Assembly (NCBI GenBank): GCA_047285805.1
Contig: JBJBCN010000002.1
Span: forward strand, 192,001-256,000
Length of the DNA stretch: 64,000 bases
Source of the DNA: Synechococcus sp.
Lineage (GTDB): Bacteria > Cyanobacteriota > Cyanobacteriia > PCC-6307 > Cyanobiaceae
Direction of reading: 5' to 3'
The notes beneath the pieces were generated by a model, which was not told the origin of the DNA, searched no databases, and was given only the letters and a program-made list of their open reading frames with translations. Each line of letters starts with the position of its first letter. The stretch's first letter is position 1. Made by a program: the position numbers and the translations under genes. Positions 21,731-31,941 of the stretch are shown here, piece by piece.

Positions 21731-22024
21731 TTACAGCCAGCCACCGGCGAAGATCGGCTGGAGGATCTTGGCGGGAAGCAGCACGGGCAGGTTGCTCGGC
21801 TCTGCGCCGGCCTTGTCGCTCCAGCGCACCTTGCAGCGGAAGGTCCCGTTCTTGACCTTGAGGACGTATTGCTGCGGGACGGCCTGCTCGGGCATCAGGT
21901 ATTGAGCCTGGTTGCAGGCGTCCACCTCGGAGATATTGGAGGTGTAATCACTCCAGCCGGCCTGGGTGGCGGTGGGGGCGAGGAGCAAGGCCGCGCCGAG
22001 GAGGATCCGGGTGCGCAGCGCCAT
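21731..22024 (-). CDS. Small secreted hypothetical protein
   Basis: Signal peptide; DACNQAQY and CKVRW. Confidence 0.55.
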   Translation of the reverse strand: MALRTRILLGAALLLAPTATQAGWSDYTSNISEVDACNQAQYLMPEQAVPQQYVLKVKNGTFRCKVRWSDKAGAEPSNLPVLLPAKILQPIFAGGWL

Positions 22025-22065
22025 GGGCAATCGTCCCCAGCGGGATTGAACTCCAGAGATTCTGC

Positions 22066-22878
22066 CTAGTGATCGAGGGCTTGGCGCAGTTGGCCGCAGA
22101 ACTGACCGGCCGCCGCGGCTATGTCCCCCTGTTGGCTGTGGCTCTCGGCCATGACTTTGACCAGGGCGCTGCCGACGATGGCGCCATCGGCGCCCCAATC
22201 GCGGACCTGGCGGGCCTGCTCGGGGCTGGAGATGCCAAAGCCAACGGCCACCGGAGTTGGCCCCATTCCTTTGAGCTGCTGCACCAGCGTGGCCACGCGG
22301 TTTTCCAGGGTGGTGCGGACGCCGGTGACGCCGGTGACGCTGACCAGATAGGTGAAGCCGCGGCTGACCTGGGCGATCCGGCCCATGCGATCGCTGGGCG
22401 TGGTGGGAGCCACCAGCAGCACAAGATCCAGTCCAGCGGCTTCGGCGATGGCCGAGAGTTTTTCGGCTTCCTCGAGGGGCAGGTCGGGCACCACGAGACT
22501 GGCGGCCCCGGCGGCGGCGGCATCCCGGCAGAAGTTCTCCATCCCGCGGTTCAGCAGCGGGTTGCTGTAGGTGAAGAGGATTACCGGAATCAAGAGCTCG
22601 CCCTTCAGGCTCTGCAGCATCTCGAGGACGCGACCCGGGGTGGTCCCGGAGCCGAGCGCGCGGCTGGCGGCGGCCTGAATGACAGGCCCGTCAGCGAGGG
22701 GATCGCTGTAGGGAATGCCCAGCTCGATCATGTCTGCACCGGCGGCCTCCAGGGCAAGGAGGGTCGAGCGGGTTTGGGTCAGATCGGGGTCGCCGGCCAT
22801 CAGGAATGGCATCAAGGCGCAGCGCCCTTCCGACTGAAGCTTCTGAAACCGCTGCTGGATAGGAGTGCTGGTGGTCAC
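22066..22878 (-). CDS. trpA: Tryptophan synthase alpha chain
   Basis: [27 protein letters not shown] and GAIVGSA. Confidence 0.97.
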   Translation of the reverse strand: MTTSTPIQQRFQKLQSEGRCALMPFLMAGDPDLTQTRSTLLALEAAGADMIELGIPYSDPLADGPVIQAAASRALGSGTTPGRVLEMLQSLKGELLIPVILFTYSNPLLNRGMENFCRDAAAAGAASLVVPDLPLEEAEKLSAIAEAAGLDLVLLVAPTTPSDRMGRIAQVSRGFTYLVSVTGVTGVRTTLENRVATLVQQLKGMGPTPVAVGFGISSPEQARQVRDWGADGAIVGSALVKVMAESHSQQGDIAAAAGQFCGQLRQALDH

Positions 22879-22911
22879 GGCAGCGTGAGATCTGCAGCTG
22901 AGCCTATGGCC

Positions 22912-23250
22912 TCAGCCTTTACTCTCCTGGGCGAGCTCCTTCATGAGCTTTTCTTGCTCTTCGGTGCTGAGGGCGTCAAAACGCTTCAGCAGCTCTTCGT
23001 CAGTGGCCGCGTCATAACCCGAGCGGTAGCGCCGGCGCTGCTCCATATAGGTCATGTTTCCGGTCACGACCCGGAACAAATACGACCCCGTCCAGACCAG
23101 GACGATGACCACCAAGAGCGCTTGGGCGGCGATGCCAGCACTGAAGCCTTCGAAACCGGCCGCCTGGAAGCCCCAGTAGCCGATTCCGCCGATGCCAAAG
23201 ATGGCCAAGCCGGCCAGGAGGGCCTTGCCCCGCGTGATCCCCGATCCCAT
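22912..23250 (-). CDS. DUF3007 family membrane protein
   Basis: WTGSYLFRVVTGNMTYMEQRRRY; lies between ndhL and trpA. Confidence 0.8.
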   Translation of the reverse strand: MGSGITRGKALLAGLAIFGIGGIGYWGFQAAGFEGFSAGIAAQALLVVIVLVWTGSYLFRVVTGNMTYMEQRRRYRSGYDAATDEELLKRFDALSTEEQEKLMKELAQESKG

Positions 23251-23501
23251 TACTGGTTGCCCTGGCCCTGCAGACGCAGATTCACGAAGGGAGCGAAGAC
23301 GATCAGTCCAGGGAAGAAGAGGAAGACCAGCCCGTAGACCACGGTGCGCTCGATCTTGCCCATGAGGGTCCAGCGCTTGGTCATCCAAGCCATAAGGGCC
23401 AGGGGCACCGCCACTAAGTAGGCCCCGGCCAGGGCCCCATAGGCGGCCAGCACCAGCAGGGTCTCATTTGTGAGGGAGCTGAGGAACCCGGGCAGTGGCA
23501 C
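23250..23501 (-). CDS. ndhL: NDH-1 subunit L
   Basis: YL.VP...RW...[12 protein letters not shown]...APFVNLR. Confidence 0.92.
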   Translation of the reverse strand: MPLPGFLSSLTNETLLVLAAYGALAGAYLVAVPLALMAWMTKRWTLMGKIERTVVYGLVFLFFPGLIVFAPFVNLRLQGQGNQ

Positions 23502-23544
23502 GGCGATGGTGCGATGTCACAACGAATCTAAGATGGTTGGCGCC

Positions 23545-23628
23545 GGGACCATGGCGGAATTGGTAGACGCAGCGGACTTAAAATCCGCAGACGGCAACGT
23601 TGTGAGGGTTCAAGTCCCTCTGGTCCCA
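23545..23628 (+). tRNA. trnL: tRNA-Leu(UAA), intron-less, CCA not encoded
   Basis: gggacca/tggtccc acceptor stem, gcgga-cttaaaa-tccgc anticodon arm, long variable arm, ggttcaagtcc T loop. Confidence 0.96.
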
Positions 23629-23629
23629 C

Positions 23630-24367
23630 TCAACGGGCTTCGCCGTTCATCCAGCTGATCCAGTCCGCTGAGATCTCTTTTGGGCAGACGGCTTCGCACT
23701 CGAGGTTGCTGCTGCAACGGCCAAACCCCTCGGCCTCCATCGCTGCCTGCATGGCCAGAGCCCTAGAACGCCGTTCCGGTTGCCCTTGCGGCAGTTGACC
23801 CAAGTGCGCGAGCTTGGCGGCCGTGAAGAGGCTCGCTGAAGCATTGCGGCAGCTAGCGACGCAGGCCCCGCAGCCGATGCACATGGCGGTTTCAAAGGCT
23901 GCAAGGGCCTGGTCTTGCCCGATCAACATCGCGTTGCCACTCGTAGCCTGGCCGGTGTTGACCGAGCAGTAGCCCCCGGCGGCGATGATCCGATCGAAAG
24001 CCGAGCGCTCCACTCCGAGGTCTTGGATGAGGGGGAAAGCCGCTGCGCGCCACGGCTCCAACGTCACCGTCTCTCCGTTCTGGAACTGCCGGACATAGAG
24101 CTGACAGACGGTCGTCGCTCTTTGAGAGCCATGGGCCTGACCATTGACAAGAAAACCGCAACTGCCGCAGATCCCCTCTCTGCAGTCGTGCTCGAAATAG
24201 ATCGGCCTCTCGCCGCGGCGGATCAGCTGATCGTTAAGCTTATCCAATACCTCAAGTAGTGAAAGATCCGGACTGAGTCCTTGGACGGGGTAGGAGCAAA
24301 AGGCGCCCCTGGTTTGACCGTTCTCTTGTCGCCAGACCCGCAGCGTGAGGGAGAGAGTTGTGGTCAT
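23630..24367 (-). CDS. sdhB: Succinate dehydrogenase/fumarate reductase Fe-S subunit
   Basis: CREGICGSC, CIGCGACVASC and C..NLECEAVCP. Confidence 0.92.
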   Translation of the reverse strand: MTTTLSLTLRVWRQENGQTRGAFCSYPVQGLSPDLSLLEVLDKLNDQLIRRGERPIYFEHDCREGICGSCGFLVNGQAHGSQRATTVCQLYVRQFQNGETVTLEPWRAAAFPLIQDLGVERSAFDRIIAAGGYCSVNTGQATSGNAMLIGQDQALAAFETAMCIGCGACVASCRNASASLFTAAKLAHLGQLPQGQPERRSRALAMQAAMEAEGFGRCSSNLECEAVCPKEISADWISWMNGEAR

Positions 24368-26286
24368 CGGTAACTGCGGGTGCTTGGTTGAAGAGCCGAG
24401 AACAAAAGCGGTTCTTGATGGCGAATCGGCTCGGCACCGTCCTGGTGTTCCCAGGCGGCAATGTGGGCGAAGTGTTCATCTTTCCTGAGGGCTTCTCCCT
24501 CAGGGGTTTGGTGTTCTTCGCGGAAATGGGCTCCACAAGATTCCTCTCGGGCTAGCGCGTCCCGCAGCATGAGTTGGGCGAGGCCAAAGAAGTCACTCAA
24601 TCGCAGCCCCTTCTCCAATTCGACATTGGGACCCGTGGCAGTCCCAGGGATTCGCACCTGGCCTCGAAAGGCTTGCTCGAGTTGATGAACCTCTTGGATC
24701 CCCTTCTCTAATCCGCTCGCATCACGACTAATGCCGCAGCGCTGAATCATCGTCAGGCCGAGTTGACGGTGAAAGTTGTCAACGGGAATGTCGCCGTTGG
24801 TGTTCAGAAGGCTTTGGATTCGAGTTTCTGCGGCGGCCTTGGCTGCGCGGCAGGACGGATGCTCCTCGTTCACGGCAGGTGTGGGGTGACCGGCAAGCCA
24901 TGCCGTCACGGTCGCCGGGGCGATGAAATAGCCGTCTGCAAGGCCCTGCATGAGAGCACTGGCTCCGAGGCGGTTGGCACCGTGTTCTGAGAAGTTGGCT
25001 TCTCCGAGTACAAAGAGTCCTGGGATTGAACTCATCAGGTGGTAGTCCACCCAGAGTCCGCCCATGGTGTAGTGCGGAGCGGGGTAAATCTTGAGCGGTT
25101 TGGCATAGGGGTCTTCACCGCTGATGTGCTCATACATCTCCAGCAAGTTGCCGTAGCGCTTGGCAATGACATCTCTGCCGTTGTGTTGTATCGCATCGCG
25201 GAGATCGAGGTAGATCGAGCGGCCGGCTGGGCCAACGCCTTTGCCCGCATTGCAGAGTTCCCTCGCCCTGCGGGAGGCCACATCCCGCGGCACCATGTTC
25301 CCGTAGCTGGGGTATTGGCGCTCGAGGAAATAATCCCGTTCCGATTCCGGAATGGACTCCGGATCTCTGGTGTCATGGCTCTCTTGCGGAAGCCAGACGC
25401 GACCGTCATTGCGCAGGCTCTCGCTCATGAGCGTCAGCTTGCTTTGGTAAGGGTCGCCGCTTGGAATGCAGGTTGGGTGGATCTGCGTGAAGCAGGGGTT
25501 GGCAAACAAGGCCCCTTGCTCATGGGCCCTCCAGATCGCACTGGCGTTGGACTTCAGGGCATTGGTGGAGAGGAAGTAGACGTTGCTGTAGCCCCCGCTG
25601 GCCAGCACAACGGCGTGGCCGGTGTGGGTTTCGAGAGCACCGCTTAGCAGGTTGCGGCAGATGACCCCACGGGCGACGCCATCAATGCGGATCAGTTCGA
25701 CGAGATCGCGGCGAGGAAGCAGTTCAATCCGTCCAAGCTGCACTTGGCGCATCAAGGCCTGGTAGGCGCCGTAGAGAAGTTGTTGACCGGTTTGCCCCCT
25801 GGCGTAAAAGGTGCGGCTCACCAAGGATCCCCCGAAATTGCGGGTGGCCAGAGTGCCGCCGTATTCCCGGGCGAAGGGAACCCCCTGGGCCACGCATTGG
25901 TCAATGATTGAGCTGCTGATCTCAGCCAGACGGTGACAGCCGGCCTCACGTGCGCGGAAGTCTCCGCCGCGGACGGTATCCCTGAACAGTCGGCTCACAC
26001 TGTCTCCGTCAACGGCGAGGGGACGGGCGGCGTTGATTCCGCCCTGGGCTGCGACCGAGTGAGCCCGGCGTGGACTGTCGTGAAAGGTGATCACTTTCAC
26101 GCGGTACCCCTGCTCCGCCAGGGTTGCCGCCGCCGAGGATCCCGCTAATCCAGTCCCGACCACGAGGACTGTCAGCTCGCGCTTGCGCAGCGGGCTGATG
26201 AGGGGGAGTTCCTCTTTGGTGCGTCTCCAGGCGTCGCTGACGGGACCCCCCGGCAGGTGGGGATTCGGCGTGTTCATCGGGATCAA
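24364..26286 (-). CDS. sdhA: Succinate dehydrogenase/fumarate reductase flavoprotein
   Basis: AHSVAAQGG, QIHPT, SESLRNDG, HYTMGG and HGANRLG. Confidence 0.94.
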   Translation of the reverse strand: MIPMNTPNPHLPGGPVSDAWRRTKEELPLISPLRKRELTVLVVGTGLAGSSAAATLAEQGYRVKVITFHDSPRRAHSVAAQGGINAARPLAVDGDSVSRLFRDTVRGGDFRAREAGCHRLAEISSSIIDQCVAQGVPFAREYGGTLATRNFGGSLVSRTFYARGQTGQQLLYGAYQALMRQVQLGRIELLPRRDLVELIRIDGVARGVICRNLLSGALETHTGHAVVLASGGYSNVYFLSTNALKSNASAIWRAHEQGALFANPCFTQIHPTCIPSGDPYQSKLTLMSESLRNDGRVWLPQESHDTRDPESIPESERDYFLERQYPSYGNMVPRDVASRRARELCNAGKGVGPAGRSIYLDLRDAIQHNGRDVIAKRYGNLLEMYEHISGEDPYAKPLKIYPAPHYTMGGLWVDYHLMSSIPGLFVLGEANFSEHGANRLGASALMQGLADGYFIAPATVTAWLAGHPTPAVNEEHPSCRAAKAAAETRIQSLLNTNGDIPVDNFHRQLGLTMIQRCGISRDASGLEKGIQEVHQLEQAFRGQVRIPGTATGPNVELEKGLRLSDFFGLAQLMLRDALAREESCGAHFREEHQTPEGEALRKDEHFAHIAAWEHQDGAEPIRHQEPLLFSALQPSTRSYR

Positions 26287-26900
26287 CCCAGCAGAGCCAG
26301 CCAGCTGGCTGATCCGGTGAAACCAAGGCCGAGGAGGACTCCCGCCGCTCGGGCGATTTGGCGGATGACTGCAGCGTTCTGTGGTGTGAGCAACCCCAAG
26401 CTGCGCTGCGCCGATTCCCCGCCTTGGATGATGTGCAGGCTGAGGGCCAGACAGGCCACTGCGTAGAGCAACAGCGTGAGAGGAGCGTGGAGGCTTGCGC
26501 TCAACTGCATGAGTTCAAATCCAGGGGCAGGTCGCGGCAGCCTCAGTTGTTTGAGGTGGACGGCGAGGAAGAGCAGCAGGGTGATTCCTCCGATCGGTTG
26601 TAACCGAGCGCTCCAGCTCCCTAGCGGGTCCTTGCGTCGGCTCTTGAGTTGGGCGTGGTTGCCCGCTTTCCAGTTCTTCAGAGCCTTGCTCAGGCTGAGG
26701 CTGGCATGCGTGATCGCGGCAAAGAGCAACAGCCCTTCGAGCAGGGGAAGCCACCAGCTCTGGTGGAGGACGCTGGCGTAGCACTCGAACTGCAGCGGCG
26801 CGACGGGCGCCAGGCCGACGCCGATGAGATGAGCAACCAGAAAGGCCATCAGCACCAGTCCGGACCCAGCAAGGAGGATGCGGCGGACCATGGCGACCAT
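26283..26900 (-). CDS. sdhC: Succinate dehydrogenase cytochrome b subunit (single 5-TM type)
   Basis: Five TM segments with four His; adjoins sdhA. Confidence 0.85.
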   Translation of the reverse strand: MVAMVRRILLAGSGLVLMAFLVAHLIGVGLAPVAPLQFECYASVLHQSWWLPLLEGLLLFAAITHASLSLSKALKNWKAGNHAQLKSRRKDPLGSWSARLQPIGGITLLLFLAVHLKQLRLPRPAPGFELMQLSASLHAPLTLLLYAVACLALSLHIIQGGESAQRSLGLLTPQNAAVIRQIARAAGVLLGLGFTGSASWLALLG

Positions 26901-27007
26901 TGATTACCAATGAACGCTAGGCCGGTGGCCTCCGCTTCATGACAAACCTGCTGACAGCTTGAAAAGTCCTGGCCAGGCTGACCAGTGTTGAGCTATGGCT
27001 GTTGTTG

Positions 27008-27100
27008 ATGCTTGAGCTGCTCCCGCCGCTCAACGATCACAACCTCCCTTGGATCGACATGATTCACCAATCGTGGTCCACTTCGTGATCGCCAATGCCC
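27008..27100 (+). pseudogene. N-terminal fragment resembling a DUF2231 membrane protein
   Basis: MLELLPPLNDHNLPWIDMIH then a frameshift into IVVHFVIA; the rest is missing. Confidence 0.55.
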
Positions 27101-27223
27101 TGCGGATTGGCAATGGTTTGGTGAAGTCCCTCTAAGCCTCGGCCAAGGTCTCACGTTAACCACTTCTGAGGGTGATTTCAAATCAGCTCGGCGGCATCAT
27201 GGGCTCGCTTTGAGAACACGGCA

Positions 27224-28531
27224 GTGGTTCTGCGCACCCGCGACTTGATCCGCAACCTGTTGCAGTTGTCCCTGCTGGGTGTGCTGGTCGGTGTGGCCTG
27301 CTGGCCGTTCAACATGCTCGATCGCTGGCAGGACCAGCTGCTCAACTTGCTGCCCGCCTTCAGCGGAGACGAGTGGACGCCGGCGGCGTTGGCGTTGGCT
27401 TGCTCACCGCTCGTGGTCGTGCCGATGTTGCTGCTGCTGCAACGGGGGATTTGGTCGCGTGGAGCCGGCTCCGGCATTCCGCAGACGATGACCAGCATCG
27501 ATCATCCTGCTCAGGCTTCCGCCCTGCTCGGGTGGGCGCCCAGTTGGCAGCGCCTGGCCCTTTGGGGGATCGCCAGCTTGGCCCTGTTGCCGATTGGCCG
27601 GGAGGGACCCGTGGTGCAGGTCGGCGCCTCCGCGGCTCACTTTCTGCGCAAGCGTTTTCCCAATTGGTTCTACGGCTTGGGGCAGGCCGAGCTGTTGGCG
27701 GTGGCCGGTGGTGCTGGCTTAGCGGGGGGGTTCGACACGCCGCTTCTCGGGGTGGTGTTTGTGGTCGAGGAGTTCATCAGTGCCTTCTCCTCGAACTTGA
27801 TCTGGCCGGCTTTGGTGGTCAGTGGCATGGCGGCCTCCTTCAGCAACCTGGCCGGTCAGCCCATGTTTGCCTTGGGCACCGTCGGTGTTGAGCCGATGGA
27901 ATTGGCCCAGGTGCTTTGGGCCCTTCCGGTTGGATTGGTCGGCGGTCTGGTGGGGGCGGCCTTTGCAAGCTTGCTGCTGGCCGGGACACGCCGGGGTGTG
28001 GGCTTGGCGCGCCGTTATCCGCTGCGTCTTGGTCTTGGGGTCGGTGCCTTCCTCAGCCTGTTCCTGTTGGTGAGCGGCGGAACCGGTGGCGGAGACGGGG
28101 AATTGCTGATGGGCAGCCTGCTGTTTGGCTCATCTAATGGTGTGGAGTTGCCCCACGGGTTGTGGACTGATCTCCTCACCCTCATCTTTCGAATCATTGG
28201 CCCAGTTCTCGCTCTCTCCACAGGGATTCCCGGTGGATTGATTGATCCCTCCTTCACCTTTGGTGCTGCGATGGGCCAGGTGATTGCGGATCTTGCCGGT
28301 TTGCCGCAACTGTTTTTGGCCTTGGGGATGGTCGCGGGACTCTCCGGCGCGACCCAGCTACCGGTGATGTCGGTGCTTTTTGGAATCCGCCTGGCGGGTG
28401 ACCAGCAACTGTTGCCGGGACTGTTGGCGGCTTCCGTCCTGGCGGCCTATGTGAGCCGTCAGTTCGTGGCCAAGCCTATATATCACGCCCTCCATGTCCT
28501 CTACGGGGAAGCTACGAAGACGTCTCTGTAA
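27224..28531 (+). CDS. ClC family chloride channel/antiporter
   Basis: GSGIP, GREGP, FVVEE and C-terminal PIY motifs. Confidence 0.9.
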   Translation: MVLRTRDLIRNLLQLSLLGVLVGVACWPFNMLDRWQDQLLNLLPAFSGDEWTPAALALACSPLVVVPMLLLLQRGIWSRGAGSGIPQTMTSIDHPAQASALLGWAPSWQRLALWGIASLALLPIGREGPVVQVGASAAHFLRKRFPNWFYGLGQAELLAVAGGAGLAGGFDTPLLGVVFVVEEFISAFSSNLIWPALVVSGMAASFSNLAGQPMFALGTVGVEPMELAQVLWALPVGLVGGLVGAAFASLLLAGTRRGVGLARRYPLRLGLGVGAFLSLFLLVSGGTGGGDGELLMGSLLFGSSNGVELPHGLWTDLLTLIFRIIGPVLALSTGIPGGLIDPSFTFGAAMGQVIADLAGLPQLFLALGMVAGLSGATQLPVMSVLFGIRLAGDQQLLPGLLAASVLAAYVSRQFVAKPIYHALHVLYGEATKTSL

Positions 28532-29834
28532 TCACCAGTGCTGAGCGTTCCCGGGTGGCAATCATCCAGAGCCATTTGGTCAGCAACGTCAACCGGCTTT
28601 CGTTCGCGGGCATGAAGGCCAAATGGGCCAAGCCCCAGAAGATCCAGCCTAAGCTTCCGCTGAGCTTCAGGCCGCGCAGGTTTGCCACCGCAAAGAGGGG
28701 GCCGACCACGGCCATGCTGCCGAAGTCGGTGAATTGAAAGGCGGGGTTGGCCTGGCTTTGGCACTTCGCCAGGATGTCCTTTGCCACCCAGCCCCCCATC
28801 TGCACCGCCGGGCCGGCCATTCCGGGCAGGGGCTTACCATCACGGGTGTGGCCGTAGCAGCAGAGGTCCCCGATCACGCGGATCTCACTGTGCCCCTTGA
28901 TCGAGAAATCGGGTTCGACGACGACGCGTCCGCCCCGGTCCACCTCGCATCCGGTGCCTTCAGCCAGCATCTTCCCGAGGGGGGAGGCGGCGACACCGGC
29001 GGTCCAACAGATCGTGCTTGCCTCCAGGCTGGCTTCGCCATTGGGCGTCGTGACGACGACCTTGCCGTCGCTGATGTCTTTGACACGGCATCCCAAAAGG
29101 AGCTCCACTCCTTTGGATTTGAGGTGGTCCCCAGCGGACTTTGAGAGCTGGGGATCCATGGCCCGCAGGACGCGATCTCCGGGATCCACCAGGGTCACCT
29201 TGCAGTGGGTGGGATCGATCTGCATGAAGTCCCGCTCGAGGGTGTGCCGCATCAGATCGTTCAGGGAAGCCGCGAGTTCACAGCCCGTCGGCCCCCCGCC
29301 GATGACGACGACGGACTGCAGCCACTTGCGCCTTTCCAGGTCAGGGGTCTGCTCGGCTTCCTCCAGAGACTTGAGGATCTGGCCCCGGATGGTGTAGGCA
29401 TCCTCGAGGGTCTTCATGGGAATGGCTTCACTTCGCCATTCGTCATGGCCGAAGTAGCTGCTGGTGGCCCCGGCAGCCAGGACGAGATGGTCGTATTTGA
29501 AGCGGCGGTTGTTGAAGACCACCTCCTTCTCATCGGTATTGATGTCATCCACTTCCCCCATCAGAATTTGGATGTTTTCGGACTCACCCAACATCACGCG
29601 CAGGGGGGAGGCGACATCGGTCTGGGAGACCAACCCCGAGGCCACTTGATAGAGCAGCGGCTGGAAGAGGTTGAAGTTGCGTCGATCAATCAGGGTGACG
29701 CGAACGGTTTTTCCCGCCAGCACATTGGCTGCACGTAGACCAGCGAACCCTCCCCCGACGATCACCACATGGGGTGCACTTTTGAGCAGGTCAGAGGGTG
29801 GGGTCAGCTCGAGAAAGAAACGTTCGGGAGCCAT
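28512..29834 (-). CDS. Type II NADH dehydrogenase (NDH-2)
   Basis: GGGFAG, FQPLLYQVA, GGGPTGCELA and WTAGV. Confidence 0.9.
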   Translation of the reverse strand: MAPERFFLELTPPSDLLKSAPHVVIVGGGFAGLRAANVLAGKTVRVTLIDRRNFNLFQPLLYQVASGLVSQTDVASPLRVMLGESENIQILMGEVDDINTDEKEVVFNNRRFKYDHLVLAAGATSSYFGHDEWRSEAIPMKTLEDAYTIRGQILKSLEEAEQTPDLERRKWLQSVVVIGGGPTGCELAASLNDLMRHTLERDFMQIDPTHCKVTLVDPGDRVLRAMDPQLSKSAGDHLKSKGVELLLGCRVKDISDGKVVVTTPNGEASLEASTICWTAGVAASPLGKMLAEGTGCEVDRGGRVVVEPDFSIKGHSEIRVIGDLCCYGHTRDGKPLPGMAGPAVQMGGWVAKDILAKCQSQANPAFQFTDFGSMAVVGPLFAVANLRGLKLSGSLGWIFWGLAHLAFMPANESRLTLLTKWLWMIATRERSALVITETSS

Positions 29835-30174
29835 GGACCAGCGGGTGCTGGTTTCAAGCTATCTACGGTTCCCAAAGTTGGCCTAGAGCGCAAGTTTCAC
29901 TTCCGGAAGCCTTTGGGTTTGTCCCTCGCTTCAGGGGTCAACGGCGTCCCAATAAGTCATCCCAGCTTGGGGCATTGCTGGGGGATGTAGGAGAAATGGG
30001 TCGTTTCGGATGCAGGACCCGTTCGCCTTTTTGGTGGTGCTGGTTGGCCTGTTGCGGGGCGGTTGTTGGTTTTTTCAGTTGGGGCATGGAATCAACTCGC
30101 AATGGAATATCAATTCACGCAGCAGTTGCTGTGGACTCAAGATAGATCGAATTCCTTGGTGCGACCAACTACTG

Positions 30175-30852
30175 ATGACAAGCCAGCCCGTCGTAATCCT
30201 TGGTGGCTTTCTGATTGGTGTTGAGGCCTATGAGCCGATGCGCTTATGGCTTGAGGATTCCCTCAATCAGCCCGTTGTTGTCGTCCCCGCTACGCGGCTG
30301 GATTGGTTGTTGACGTCGACGGCCTGGGGTTGGCGTCGTCTGCTGGATCGCACGGCGGAGCTGTTGGAGACCGCGGCTGGGCAATCCACCACAGGGAAGG
30401 TGACCTTGGTAGGTCACAGCTCGGGCGGAGTGATGTTGCGTCTGCTGCTAAGCGCAGATCCCTGGATGGGGCGCTGCTATGGCGCCCAGCATTGCGTTGA
30501 TCGGCTTTACACCTTGGGTAGTCCCCACATGGCACTTCGGGCCACGGCGATGCGCGCCTTTGTCGATCAGCGCTGGCCGGGAGCCTTTTTTGCTCCGGCC
30601 GTTGACTACGTCGCCGTGGCGGGGGAGTTGGACTTGGCGGAGGGTTTTGACTTGAGCCGCCGGGTGGCTAAGCGCTCCTACTCCGCTATCAGCGGAGATC
30701 CGGAGGCTGCCGGCGATGGTTTGGTGCCCGTGGGTTCGGCGTTGTTGGCTGGGGCTCAGCCGTTAGTTCTGGCGGGGGTGGCCCACGGCGGAGCCTTTGG
30801 ACCGCGCTGGTACGGCACGCCGGAGGTGGTGCAGCGCTGGTGGAGGGGTTGA
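30175..30852 (+). CDS. Alpha/beta hydrolase (esterase/lipase-like)
   Basis: GHSSGG nucleophile elbow, TLGSPH, GDGLVP and a C-terminal His. Confidence 0.85.
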   Translation: MTSQPVVILGGFLIGVEAYEPMRLWLEDSLNQPVVVVPATRLDWLLTSTAWGWRRLLDRTAELLETAAGQSTTGKVTLVGHSSGGVMLRLLLSADPWMGRCYGAQHCVDRLYTLGSPHMALRATAMRAFVDQRWPGAFFAPAVDYVAVAGELDLAEGFDLSRRVAKRSYSAISGDPEAAGDGLVPVGSALLAGAQPLVLAGVAHGGAFGPRWYGTPEVVQRWWRG

Positions 30853-31080
30853 TCCAGCTGGATCAGTTCATAGGACCAGTGGCAACTCAGGGCGGCCAAG
30901 AGGCTTTGGCGATCTCCAAAGATCCGGAGCATGTTCGTTGCGTCGCTCCGCCAAGGCTGGGCCCAGCCGAGGAAGGCGCTGCGGCAAAGGATGCGACCGG
31001 GTGCGGCAAAAAGCACAGCCGGCGGTAGCAGCAGGCGGCCTGATTGCGTCAACCTGGGTGGCCCTCGCCTGATTCCAGCC

Positions 31081-31941
31081 ATGCACCGTCGCGCGCTGCT
31101 GCTGCTCATGGGTGGAGCGGCTACGTCCGCTGTTGCGGTTGGAACCAGTTGGGCCCAGATGGCGACGCCACCCCCCCTGAGCACGACCCGCTTTTTAGCG
31201 GTGGGTGATGTCGGCAGTGGCAATGTCCACCAGCGGGCCGTGGGGACTCAGATGGCGGCGGTCCATCGTCGTAAGCCTGTCGACCTGGTGCTGCTGGCCG
31301 GGGACAACATCTACCCATCAGGGGACATTCGCAAGGTTCAGTCCACCTTCCTGCGCCCCTATGCCGCGTTGCTTGAGGCCAAGGTGCCATTCCATGCAGT
31401 CCTGGGAAACCACGACATCCGCACCGCCAATGGCAATCCCCAGCTGGCCTACAAGCCCTACGGCATGAAGGGGCGTTTTTACAGCGTCCGTCGCCGCGAG
31501 GTCGAATTTTTCATGCTGGACACCAACGGCAACGCCCCCTGGACGTCCCAGTTGTCCTGGTTGCGTTCGGCCTTAGCCAAGAGCCAGGCCTCCTGGAAAG
31601 TCGTGGTGGGTCACCACCCGATTTACTCCTCAGGCCTCTATGGCAATAGCCCAGGACTGCGGGGCAAGTTGAGCTCCTTGATGCAGCGCCATGGGGTGCA
31701 GCTCTACATCAATGGCCATGAACACCACTACGAGCGCAGCAAGCCGATCGATGGCATCACCTATTTGATCGTCGGGGGTGGCGGCGCCTATCTCCGCCCG
31801 GTGATCGCCACCGCCCAATCCGCGAAGGCGGTCAGTGTTTACAGCTTCGCGGAGTTGGAGGCGGGGTCCGACAGCTTGACCATCCGGGGCTGGGATCGCG
31901 ACGGCAAGCTGATTGACAAGGGCGTGATTGCCCGGCGTTAA
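31081..31941 (+). CDS. Exported metallophosphoesterase (purple acid phosphatase-like)
   Basis: RR-containing signal; GDVG, GDNIY, GNHD and GHEH. Confidence 0.9.
   Translation: MHRRALLLLMGGAATSAVAVGTSWAQMATPPPLSTTRFLAVGDVGSGNVHQRAVGTQMAAVHRRKPVDLVLLAGDNIYPSGDIRKVQSTFLRPYAALLEAKVPFHAVLGNHDIRTANGNPQLAYKPYGMKGRFYSVRRREVEFFMLDTNGNAPWTSQLSWLRSALAKSQASWKVVVGHHPIYSSGLYGNSPGLRGKLSSLMQRHGVQLYINGHEHHYERSKPIDGITYLIVGGGGAYLRPVIATAQSAKAVSVYSFAELEAGSDSLTIRGWDRDGKLIDKGVIARR

Noticed and set aside
23545..23628. Group I intron or a duplicated att copy at tRNA-Leu(UAA)
   Set aside because: The anticodon loop is uninterrupted and I saw no second copy of the 3' end in the window.
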